Origin: Macrostomum lignano
Lineage: Eukaryota
Assembly (NCBI GenBank): GCA_002269645.1
Contig: NIVC01003251.1
Span: forward strand, 45,098 to 109,097
Direction: 5' to 3'
DNA length: 64,000 nucleotides
This document shows, piece after piece, positions 9,827-21,390 of this stretch. A model generated the notes under the pieces. It saw only the letters and a program-made list of their open reading frames with translations. It searched no databases and was not told the DNA's origin. Both the position numbers and the translations under genes were made by a program. How positions within the stretch are numbered: the first letter of the stretch is position 1; every line of letters begins with the position of its first letter.

Positions 9827-12800
9827 TCAACGCCTCTCAACAAGTTGAATCAACCGATCCAACTTTGCTTCAACGTCGTTGATCTGCTTGCGTCGACGTT
9901 TTGACTGCAGCTTCAGGTTGACGAGCTTTGCTTCGATGCCGGTCGAGTCCGACCGCTTTGAAGTTGCCGCCGATCGAGTCCGGCCCAGCGAATCGATGCC
10001 TCGCTTTACAGCCGCGAAGTTGTTGTCGGCGCGAGCCTGCACTCCGTCCGGGTCGCTGTCGGCGTCCACAATCCCACGAGTCAGATATCTTCGACCGAAC
10101 CGTCGGAACTGCTTGGCTTGAAACTTCAGGAACTGGGTGTACACTTTCGGATAATCAGTCTGACTGTACCACCAGTTCTGCAAGGCAAGGGCCAACATTT
10201 AAGTTAAACAGGCTAAATGCATCTTAATTAATAGTGTGTGCTCAAACGTTCATTTAGTATGCAGCAGAGAGAAACAGAGAGCGGATAAACAATAGCTTTC
10301 AAATAGTTTAAAAAGCTCTTCTTACCTGTTTAAGAGCAATCCATAGTTTACATATTAGCTACAATAGAATCTTGCGCTGCTACGTATGCAGAGAAAATTT
10401 TGTATTACCACTTCAAAAGTCTCTTGCTTCTCTTGAAGATGACAATATCAGACACGCGTCTACTGGTTTGTGGAAAGTATATATCGGCAATGCAAAAAGC
10501 TTGCACGCGGCAGGTAAAGGAAGTATAGCATAGAATTTCTGCTCAGCCTAGCTAATGGGTGTATTTTAGCCTTAAGGCAAGCCAATTGAAGAAGTCTAGG
10601 TGTCAGAGACCCGTCCTGGCAACATCATCTGGGTTCGAGTTCACTTTTGACAGCGGAAAACAAAGTTGAGTTTGGAGGTGTTAGAGAGTGTTAAAGGATG
10701 AATATACATTTTAAATGCTTTAAAAAGCGACTGACACTTACCGTGCTCTTACTGTAATGCTCGACATTTTGTAGTGCATCGCGAAATGACCAGTAAATGT
10801 AGAAAAGTCCGACGAAAGTCGCATAAATCACATAGATTGGTGACGGGACGGCGCACATCCGGTTGCACTCAACCAGCATGTCGAAGTACATTCTTCTCCA
10901 GACTATCTTGGACTTGCTGGCAATTTTGCTCACTCTCAGGCTGAACAATGCAATCAGCAGATTAACCATGACGATGTTAACCAGCAGAAGGAATACAAAC
11001 ATGAAGCAGTTGTAGAACGCATCACTGCCTTGGTCATAGGCCATGGAGCCGATTTCATACCCAGTAAGGTTGGTACTGTTCACGCTATTAAATTTAATCT
11101 CGTCGAAATTTGTGAACATTAGCTTCAAGGGAAGCGTAAACACCTGGACAAGCGACAGCCAGTAGTTCGCTCCCGCTGGAACAGGGAACAGCAAGTGAAA
11201 GAAGAAAATCCCGAAGGAATATATCACAATCAGAATTATTGACAGAAACGGTAGCAGGTCCAGAAGTAGCAGTTGAACCAGCATCATAACCATGGGCCCC
11301 GTCTTCTCAAAGAATGTCAAAAGTGAAATCAGACGAATTCCCCAAATTAGGAAGCTGGCAGCTGTGAGCATTCTACCGGAGTAGTCTTTATAAAGCAGAA
11401 CGCCTAGAAAACCAACAAAAAAAGAGGCCGCACTGGCCAATTCTAGCCAAGAGAGTGCTCTGTTGGTGCTCGAGAAGGGCAGGGAAGACCTGAATATTAC
11501 ACGAAAAGCCAACTTGAAATGATTTGAAATTCCATAGACAGCGAAGGCTGACTTTGACTTAGCTGCAGGGCTGTCCCGGAGGGGACACAGCGGGAAGGCG
11601 CGGGCGCCCATTCCGCTAGTCCCTGAAGACAGCGAAGGCATACATCAAAACTTGATCGTAAATATACGTATTACTAGACAATGAATAAGCTTCATTCCGT
11701 ATCGGAATTCCAATACTAAATAAAGACAGCAAGATTAAAGCTAACACATCAGACGCGCAGTACGAATAAAACTTTGCACGTGGTGAAGCGGCTGGATATC
11801 TCTCTAGCCAAATAATACCGACACCACTCTTAACGTCTTCATCGTTGGGCAGCAGATCCCTAGTCAGACTGCTGTGCCGGTTCTTCCATTCCGTGTCGGC
11901 CAGCTTGGTCATGCACTCACTGACAAACAGCTCATCACAATCAGCTTCCAGCAGCAGTCGCACAGTTGTGCACGGCTCAATAGCATCCTTCTTAGTCTCG
12001 TCAAGCATGCCCGACGTCGGGTGCACACAGGTGAACTGCGGGCCGCTACTTTTTGGCTCCATCCGGCCACAAATATAGTCGAAGAGCAGTTGCTGCTCAT
12101 AGGCGCTGGCATTGCGAAACATTTCATCAAGAGCGTTGAATGCAATGCATTTGAGCTTCTGTCTCAGTTCCTTAATCTCCTCGCGCTGCTCAGGAATCTC
12201 CTTCAACTTTCGCTTGAGCTCAGTTAGTACTTTCAGGCATGTAGGAATTAGCTCGAACTGTCTCGTGAGCACTAGGTCCGGTATGATCTTGAATTTATTG
12301 AGAAACAACGCTGTCTCAATGATGGACATCTCTGTTGCCTGAGTAAGATTTTCAGGATGTAAAATCGATGCAGCCAAGTACTCAGTTTCCAGGCTGATGA
12401 AGCCCATGCTTATTGCACTACGCAGAATCTCAGGCGCGTCAAGTTCAATAGAAGTGACAAGAAGGTTTACACCTGAGAGTGCTCTCTGATGTTGCTTAGG
12501 GACACTCGCTGATACACTGACGGAGCTCAGAACTCTGTTGGCCGTCTCCCTATCAGGCAGATCCAATGCTCGCTTCGGCAAGTCCAGAAGTCTCAGCAGG
12601 TTTGTCTTTCTCCCGCCACTGCTCAGAAATGCTTTCTCAACTGCGCCATCCTTTCCACTGTTGCAGGCAAAGTCGATCGGTGTGAGTCCGTCATGGGTCG
12701 GTGAGGACAGCGACAAGCCCTTTTCAATGAGAAACTTGATGTTGCCCTCATGACCTGCTTGACACGCAAAGTGAAGACAAGAAGCTCCTCTGTGAGTTCC

Positions 12801-15155
12801 TGACGAGACTGTCAGTGACAGCAGTTGGGATGCTTCGATGCCAGATAAGCAGGCAAGTGGCTCAACAAAGTCTTTCAAGCGGTACCTGGTGGCAGCGAGA
12901 TGAACCGCATGCGTCCCACTTGAGCTGTGAAGCATTGCCTTGATCAGCTTTCAAACATTGTTGGTGTCCACGGCCGCTTCTAAAATTTGCTTCAACAAGT
13001 TCTCTCGAATTTTGCACACTTGGAGACAAGTCTTACCAATGCTGTTCTCAGTTCCCGGATTTACTCCGGCTTTGGCAATGAGCTTCAGCGATTTGATGAA
13101 GGCTTCTATGCCGCTAGTTGCCGTAGTGTTCATGAAGAGTGCGTGCATCAGGGTGTTGCCGTCAGCGTCAACGCGAGTCATTTCATCGCTTGTTTTGAAA
13201 GGCTCGAGTGCAGCCACGTTCCAGTTGAAGCTCGCATAGAAAAGCGGGTTTCTCCCTGATGCGTCCAAGGATTTCAAGGACTTATCGAGTTCGCCAGGGA
13301 AATTTTCCTTCAAGAAATTGTAAGACTTGACGTTCGCAAAAGCAAGGTGCACCACTGTTTGTTGTTTGTTATTTCGCCAGAAGATGCAGTCACTCGCGAG
13401 CTTCTTCACAGCGGCATCAGTGAAAGTGAGCATGCCCCGGGAGATAGCGAGATGCAATACTGTGTTGCCTGCGTCATCTGCGGCTTTGAGAACAGCAACC
13501 CTGGCAGCTGGTAGCAGCTCCAATAGAGTGGCCTCATCTTCACGGTGTGCCAAGCAATGCAGCACTGTCTGACCCAGTTTGTTCTGCTTCAACAGGCCTT
13601 CTGAGCCAGAAATCCTGAGTGCAGTGAGAAGTGCTTCTGAACAGTCTGTCCTATGGGCCATGTAGTGCATGCACGTGTTTCCAGAAGTGTCCTGCAAGCT
13701 GACGCATGCGGTATTCATTGCATTCAGCAGTCGCAACAGCACGCTTGGCTGGCAGTGCACCGACGCCAGATGTAATGCCGTCTCTGACTTGTTGTTTAAC
13801 CAGCAGGGGCATCTGAGATTTCTCAGCAGTGCTGCTTTATGCTTATCTAACATGGCGTTTTTCATAGCCTGCCTCTCAGCGTACTCAAGGACAGCTAACA
13901 TTGCGTTATCATTATTTTCGTTCATAGCGGCATAGTGCATCCACGTGTTTCCATCCCAATCAACCAGGCCAAACCTTTGGGCAACTTCCGGGTTTAAAGG
14001 CAACTCTGAAGACAACCTGAGCATTTGTTTTATGGTATCTACTCTGCAGTTTTGAAGCACCAGCTGCAACACCGATTGATTTTTGTTATTTTTCCACCGA
14101 AAACTCTTTGGAAAAAACTCAACAGCCCGAAGTACAGCCTCGTCTGCACCTCGCATGGCAGCATAGTGAATGCTGGAGTTTCCCTGTTGGTCTTTCGTTT
14201 TAAGATGCTTCGTGAGACAGCCACTGCGTGTGTGACCAATCTCTAATAAAGCCGGTATTCTCTCTGGACTGAACTTCTCAATCGACATGTGCAGCATTGT
14301 TTGTCCAGCGGAGTTCGGAGCAAACAGATCACTGCAACTGGTGGGTGTTGAGTCAACCAGCAGACTCAGCACGTCCTGGTGCTCTATGTTTGAGGCGGCA
14401 TAGTGCGCTATGGTGTTTCTGCGTGACGTCTTCAGCATCTTGAGCAGTTTGGAAACCATTTCACCACCATCTATGATGTCAGAGAGGATTTTTCTCACGG
14501 TGCCAGTAGAATGGCAACCAAGCGAGAGGTGGAGCGGCGTGACCGCCTTGTAGTCGTCTTTGAGCAGAGCTTGAGACCCGAACAGCCCCAGAATGTGCAG
14601 CAATGTGGACTCTCCATCGGTGCTCATCGCTGCATAGTGAGCTGCAGTTCGTCTGCTTTTATCGTGAACATGCTGACCCGAAAAGTCATTGGGTATTTGC
14701 ATGAGCAGTTCATTGGCTTCTGAGAATCTACCAACTTTTGTCAAACGAATAATTCTTCTCATAAAGTCCTTCTCTGCACACTCTTTGAGCACCTCTACGG
14801 CCTTGTGCGAAGTGTCTGTTGAATCTTGATAGTCGCTTGAAGAATCCTCACGACAATTCATAGTAGTGCCATCTTCTTGGTCCAACTCGGCTTCTGAGTC
14901 GCTACTGTCGCAGTCCAGTTGAAGGACGGCATCGGATTTTACATGCAGACCAGATTGATGAAGTTCAGTGGGTTTCGGCAGCTGTGCTTCATCATCTTCA
15001 CCGTCTCGCTGATGGAACTGGGCTGACGACTTTTTTTCAGCGAGGCTTTGCTCGGTAGAGCTGCCGCCAACGAAGCTCGCATCGACGTCTACAATTGTCA
15101 ACTCCCTGACGTTGTGGCTGCCGTCACTGCTTCCACTTGATATCTCATCCGTCAT
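9827..15155 (-). pseudogene. Ankyrin-repeat TRP-type cation channel, disrupted; exons 15155-10742 and 10177-9827
   Basis: About 18 ankyrin-like T..H.A motifs, then six TM segments with GPMVMML..DL..F (S4-S5), LVNIVMVNLLIALFS (S6), a TRP-box-like W plus VPSP, and a coiled-coil last exon joined by a phase-0 GTAAGT/CAG intron. Lesions: in-frame TGA at 12951-12953 and a 91-bp frameshifting insertion at 11536-11639. Removing the insertion gives one frame of about 1557 codons. Confidence 0.85.
11549..11626 (-). mobile_element. 78-bp 5'-truncated LINE 3' end with 13-bp target-site duplication
   Basis: AGACAGCGAAGGC at 11536-11548 and 11627-11639. The insert ends CTGCAGCTAAGTCAAAGTCA, like the LINE tails at 19070 and 49600. 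Confidence 0.9.
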
Positions 15156-15710
15156 CCTTTGTTAATGGTGGGACGGCTCTCTGCGACGATCTGTCAATTC
15201 AAGGTTTTATAAAATTTTCATTGGCTTTTTACGATACAGACATATATAACCTTGCTTACCATGTCATTCCATAAAGGAAGATACTACAGACAGGCTAAAA
15301 AATTTCGGGAAAACTTAAATTAAGCCCACAATACTTCAAAGTAGTCCATGCAGCATTTATGCCGATGGTGAACTTACGATGGTGAACTTAACGGATGACG
15401 ACGTTATACTGTACGTCGGCCAAACGTCGGTGTGGTGTAAAATTTGCCATTTCCAGCGACGTTGATAGACGTCAGATTGCTGAACGAGAATGATCTTGTT
15501 TTAATGTTTCTATTACTGCCACAAGTGCTATCTTTAAAATGACAATTAAATCCGTAGAATAGTGTGTCTGCCCCCCCCCCTTTTAATAGAAGGCGTGGCT
15601 GTCACATGAGTTCAAAGCACATTTTTGAAGTTTAACGTGTCACCTAAGAACTGTTTTGAGCAGAAAGTAAAGAATACTAGCATTTTAAACAGTGCTGTAT
15701 ATTTGTGTTG

Positions 15711-17926
15711 TGATGTAACCACGCTCTGGTCGCGGGATAGGGCATGGGAACTTTTTCGAAAGTGCCTCCTATCCCGTGCACCCTCTGCACAGAGCTGTCG
15801 AGACTCGGCCAGGTCTCCGACCGGGCCTGGAGACTCCCGCTCTGCTGCACCCCTCCTGCTGCCTTGGTCCCGTCTCTCCTGCCGCCACACCTGCCTTTCC
15901 GGAGCCCCTACCCCTTTCTGTACCTCCCCCTCTACCCTATCTCTTCTGTTCCCGCCCTATTCTTCCTGTACTTTCTCTACCTCCTCCCTTTTTTTGTCTC
16001 CCTCTGCACTCTTTTCCTGCGCTGTCCCCTCTTTCCCTGTGTCTACTTACAGTACTTTGTGTGCTCACCGTCTCCCCATCCCCTCTCAAACTCCCAAACG
16101 GTGACGCAAGTCGTGTGACCCCTTCTCCCCCTCGGTGACTCATCGATGACTCATCCCCCTCTCTTGCGCAACCTTTTCTCACGCTATTGTTCTCCTTCCC
16201 AAATTTCTCATGTGACACCCACCCCACCTCCGCTTCTATTGTTCTCGTTTTTGCTTCTTTTGTTCTCTCGACCCCCACCAATTATCACATTTTCTCCGAT
16301 TTTCTCTTTCTTTTGTTCTCGTTTTCGCACCTAATTATCACCTTTTCTCCAATGTTTACTTTTCCATTGTTCTCAGTTTTCCCCAATTATCCCCGATTTC
16401 CAATTCCTTTGTTCTCGACCCCAGCCCTATTGTTCTCAATGTTTGCTTGCGCAACACTTTCGCGACCACCCGCTGCGCCAATTATCCCCCCACCCCACCT
16501 CCGGATTGCGCAATTTCCCGATTTCTCATGTTGCTATGCCGGTCTCATGCTTCTCATCATGACTCATTCTGACGTCATTCTGCCGGCAGCCAATCAGAGA
16601 GAGGGAGCCATGGTAACGACCTTGAGGAGGCGGCTGTGAGGTCTATAAAAGGAAGCGATTTCGGCATGAGAATACTCAACTGAGTTTATCTCTGTTCCTC
16701 TCCTCGTCCTTCTTGGACTTGCTGTCAGATTGAGTTCTGACCCATTCGTCTATAAGACGAATCCCTGCCGGCCCGCGGTCTGTTACCGCCAAGTTATCCT
16801 TAGCTCCCCAAGTGAGCTCGCCTATCGGCCAGCGGTCTGATACCGCCCAGCATCATCAGCATCGCCTGATCTACATCAGCGCCTCGTCGCTCCAGCGCAT
16901 CGCCGCTTCACCGTCTGCCTGACTGCAGCCTACAGCCGCCCTCGGTCACTCCGTCTCTCTCTCTCTCTGTGCAGCTGCCGGTAAGTTCCTGCTACTAATT
17001 TGTGCTCTAATTGCCTTTGCTTATCCGGGGTTTGCCTATTTTCCATTGTCTGATTAGAGAGCTGAGCCAATTGTGATACCGTATCTTTTGCTGTATTTTA
17101 CTCAATAGTGAAGCTGCCTAATTGCCTGCTTATTTGCCTAAGGGCCTAATTATTAACTATTAACTAACTTCATCATTATTCAATCTTTCACCATCATTTC
17201 ACTCATGGCTTGCTAAGCCTTTCTCCCGGGTGGCAAAGCATAAGGAAGTTTGGGTAAGCTAATGGCCTCTCCCCGTGCACAGCCCGCCTGTGAGTGCGTG
17301 CTGCGGGGCCGCGTGTGCGTGCAGTAGAGGGATTAGCGAGTCTTGGCACAGAATGGCAGTAGGAAGGTTGCAACCCCATGCTAACGCGTCCCTTCGCCCT
17401 GAGCAATCTAAACTGTAGACAGTACATGTTCGCCTCATACTACTCTTAGTAATCAAAGTCGCAAGTCAGCCTCGCTCACAGCCACAAAGGATCCCCTGCT
17501 GAGAAATCCTCCAGGATTGAGCCCAGAGTTCCCGATCATGCCCCAAGCAGAGTCCCTGTACTCGGCTGCATGCGTCTCCCCTGTCAGCCTAAATCCCCTG
17601 GTAACCAATCCAGGCGGGGCTCTAGCCTCGAGAGGTCTGGTAGAAAGATCCAGGTGCGCCAGGTCACATAGAGTGGTGGCAGCCACTCGGTCATACTATG
17701 ACCGAGTGACCAACTATTGCACCTTGGCTACAGGTGGGGTCCATGTGGGTCCTTGGCCCTCTGGTCACGAAGCGCTACCAAAGCTACTAATCATGTGGGC
17801 GGGACAGTCTGGTGCTGGAGGTCCGTCAGGTCATTGCCCGGTCATAGGCAGCCTACGGTCATTGCCCCCTCTAGCCACGCGTTCGTCTCTCTACGGAGCG
17901 GACAGGCGACAAGGGCGGTTACATCA
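15711..17926 (+). mobile_element. Solo LTR (Ty3/gypsy-like), 2216 bp
   Basis: Ends TGATGTAACC...GGTTACATCA (perfect 10-bp inverted repeat, TG..CA), flanked by a GTTG 4-bp duplication (15707-15710, 17927-17930). Internal TATAAAAG at about 16643 and a GTAAGT donor-like site at about 16981. No gag/pol coding. Confidence 0.75.
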
Positions 17927-19069
17927 GTTGTAACAAGGACCACTTTAGTAGAAGGGCAGTGGTCCTTGTGTTGTACATGTGTGCATGAAAGCTATTTGGC
18001 ATCATTTGCACTCGCATATGTTCTTCAGCATTATTTTAGAGGTTACATACAGTAACTGCGTGGCTTACTTAATGCTCATAAACTTTTTTTTAAGTCACAG
18101 AACTATACCTGTTGCGAACCGAGTCAAATTAGCTCGTAATAAGCACCCCGGGCTACAAAGCTTGCGACTAAACTAATCCCCATGCACAAAGCCACACGCT
18201 AGCAACCAGAACCGTAAGCACGTATAAAACGGTAGTTTATTTCAAAACCATTATACGTAATCTTACCGGAAGTTTATCGTAGTTCTTGTACTCGTAAAGT
18301 GAGTTAAATGCCCCCTAAAAAGAGTGATTGAAAGAGAAATCTTGCGCACCGACTGTTGTGCTTTTGTTTTTGCTCCAAAAGCTAGCTAAGGACAAGTGTG
18401 ATATGCAGTGCTTATTTTATGCAGATGCACTGAATGCAGAATATCAGATAGCTTCTATTTTTACTGCCAAACTGAAACTGCAGCGATGCAGTGTTTTGGG
18501 GTTGCAGTGCTGATGGAGAGAGATTTTTTTAGTTGCATAGTGCAGCCCTTCATCAGTAAAGCATCAACCTGTTTATCTTATTATGCTCAACTGCATGAAT
18601 GAGTCCTTTTTTCATTGCATTGTACACTTCTAGATTCGAAAAACACTTGATACGCCGTACGCGCAGCAGTACAGCAGTTCTGTACTCTCCACTTTCAGAT
18701 GCATTCTCACGGCTCAATTCCATGCTTATCATAGTAGCGGAGGAATAAATTGGTATAAGATTATTTAGTGTGGATTCGCACTTGCGCAATAAACCTGTCT
18801 GAATTTCTACAAGAGCCAAAGTGCAACAGAGTGGCACGGCTGTGGCGACTGGCAAGCTTAAACATTTATTCGACAACCTTCTGTACTTTAGCAGAGAGGT
18901 GCCCAACCTTCTAGTTTGTTCGGAGATTATGCTACGACCTCCCGATGACCCGGTAGTCTTTGATGAAGATGATTCTAGTTAGCCGGAATGAGTTTTGTAT
19001 ACCAGGTGTTTTGAGATCTCCATTATTCACCATAATGTCAAAATACCGCATACTGTCATCATGTGCCTG

Positions 19070-20409
19070 CTTGACTTACTTGACTTAGCTGCAGGTCGAT
19101 TCGAAGACGCAGCGGGGAGGCGAGCGTCGACTATTCCGCTAATCCCTGAAGAGCCCGCATAGACTAGGGCGCGGGGTCGGTCCGATCTGTAGCGTTGTCT
19201 TCGGTGGGGAAGACGGAGGCTCGTTAGGTAGCCCGGAGGAACTGGATGAGCCGTGGAATATTCTCGGGTCGGCAGGCGTCGTCCAGGAACGGGTTGGGCC
19301 CGAGGTAGTGGAGCCGGTCTCGGTTGAAGGCCGGACAGTAGCAGTTGAAGGGCTTAGCATCTTCATTTTCAGGGTTGCAAAAGGGGCAGAGTTCGCGTCG
19401 GCGGACGCCTCGGAGGAAACAGTGCCTGGTAAAGCAACCGTGACCTGTGAAGGTCATAATGAGAACGCGGATATCTTTTTCGATTTTAAGTAAAGTTACG
19501 TAACGGATCTCACCCGTAAGTAACGGCCGGTCGGACCATTGCGGGGTAGATCCACCAGAGCCGCTTCGGGGTGAGATCCAAGGTGGTGCCGACGGCTCTG
19601 TGCAACAGCGCCAGAATTTCGAGGGCTTTTTGGTTTTGGCCTGAACGTGGATAGACCAGCTCAGCCTGTGGTCCAGCGGACGCAGCAGCAGTCCGCTTCT
19701 CATGCCGCTTGAGGTTGCGGCGGATGTTGCGCTGGCACCGAGCCTCGGCCGTGCGCGATCGGCTAGACTGGTGGCCAGAGCGATCGGCGTCACTGGCTGG
19801 CCCGGTTGGACCAGGTTGAGCGTTGGAGCTACCGTTGGTAGCTGCCGGAGCGGCTAATCCCGGTGGGCCAGTGGCGACCGGGTCAGTTTCATTAAAATTG
19901 GTTTTTGTGGCCATAGCTGAAAAGCGGGGGAGGGCTACTCGTTACGCGAGTTGAGTACCCAACTGGCCGACACCTCAAGCCAGCCGGTTTGAAAAAAGGG
20001 GACCGCTAGCGACCGGACTACTCCCCAGCCTTACAGCATATCGGCAAGGTCAACACCTTAGGCATTTGAGGGTACGTGAAGCAGTACCACGGCCTGCAGG
20101 CTGGCGAGCCAGACCCGCATATCCAAGTTTGGCCGAAGCCACTGGATGGGTCACCAGCGTCGGAGCCCAGTCTGTCCAGCAGCCCTAGGGTCTGCCTTGA
20201 ACACTCACTGGGACGTGCACCCACCCCTGGGTCGACTTGCGAGACAGCGTGGCGGAGTCTGTGGCTGCCAGAGGCAAATAGATGGTGCAGACTTCCCACC
20301 AGCCTAAACCTGCTGGAGAAAGGGGCAGGCGTGAAGCATCGGAGACCTTTAGCCCATAGGCGTAGTCTGTCTCATACTTAACTGGCATGCTGAATGCGCT
20401 TTCGTAAGC
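19070..20409 (-). mobile_element. Internally deleted LINE derivative keeping both ends (1.34 kb)
   Basis: 5' UTR homologous to 1690-2110, ORF1 N-terminus (19914), RT C-terminal piece (LTPKRLWWIYPAMVRPAVTYG), zinc knuckle (LCPFC..ED..F.C.CPAF), 3' UTR and TAAGTCAAG tandem tail. Flanks CATGTGCCTG (19060-19069) and CATGATCCTG (20410-20419) may be a degenerate TSD. Confidence 0.85.
20121..20409 (-). ncRNA. Candidate HDV-like self-cleaving ribozyme, copy 2
   Basis: P1 GCUUAC(G) (20409-20403) pairs with (A)GUGAGU (20209-20203). P3 GGG/CCC encloses L3 UGCACGU (20219-20213), followed by GU (20202-20201). Candidate J4/2 CAAA (20131-20128) is followed by CUUGGAU, which pairs with ACCCAGG with one mismatch. 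G1 coincides with the inferred element end. Confidence 0.65.
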
Positions 20410-21214
20410 CATGATCCTGCACGAAAAAGTTATTTTCTGAGTATGGATTCCCCAGCAAGATTCCTACCGACCAAGGAAAGCATTGACGCGAGGGCTTTAC
20501 CACAAAACACCGTAAAAATAAAGCTAAAACGGCCAGGGGGATAACTTTAAAAAGCAGTGGAATAATTTTTACATCGTATTAATTATTTCACAAGAAAATA
20601 CCGGATGCCAATAGACAATACTAAATCAGCCGAACTGCAATCAACTCAAACAAGCTCCCTCAACAATCCTGCTTAGATCCAAGCTGGGAAGCTCCAAAAC
20701 AGATCGCTCAAAGCAGTTTACGAAATTTCTTCAGAAGATTGCTGAAAGTTCATGCAAGTTTTGTTCCTGTTTTGGGATTTCACGAACTCGAAAGGATTTT
20801 ATTCTACTAGTTCATCGGTGGAATCATCTGAACGTGTTTCAAGGAGAGTACGGTACATCCGGAAGAGCCATCAGGACTTCGTAGAGTGTTGTACTGGATG
20901 GTTGCCTCTTGGTGTCTTTGAGGTCTTGAGGCCCGAGGAATACGACGAGACTGAGGCCCAGATTCAAGGTTGGCTCGATGAAACATGCTCCTCGCGCCGA
21001 TTCGTTTATCTTATCAGAGCTGGCAGAGATAGGTGTCACCCGGATAGGTTAGTACTCAAATCTAAGGGCAAAACATACGTCAATCGTAATCACCTCGTCT
21101 TAAATCTCAATCTTTTTTGCCGAAATGGTCAACGCGATTTTTCTATTGTATTTGGTCAAGGGAGGAGTTTGAGACACCGTTGTGAGTAAGGACCCAGCCT
21201 AACTTGTAGTTAAC

Positions 21215-21390
21215 TACAACTCTAGCATTTCTAGCGGTTTCGTCTCAAGATCGTTCCATTAGGCTGATATAAGTTTTGTCTCTGCTCTGGCTTGATGGAG
21301 CTCTGGAGCTCTGGAGCTTCAGCCCCAAGAAGAACCCCAATCCTCCCCAATCGCTGTTCAGAGACTAACAGCGTTCTGTTCAACCCACCT
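21215..21390. repeat. Dispersed repeat, copy 2 (see 5300-5478)
   Basis: Direct sequence identity with the 5300 copy. Confidence 0.8.

Noticed and set aside
15156-15262. Possible 5' UTR intron and uORF ending on the TRP start codon
   Set aside because: It rests on one GTAAGC/CAG pair with no independent support.
21215-21265. Hammerhead-like CTAATGG...CGAAAC on the minus strand of the repeat (also near 5320)
   Set aside because: The essential CUGANGA core is not matched (two invariant positions differ) and stem II is not conserved between copies.
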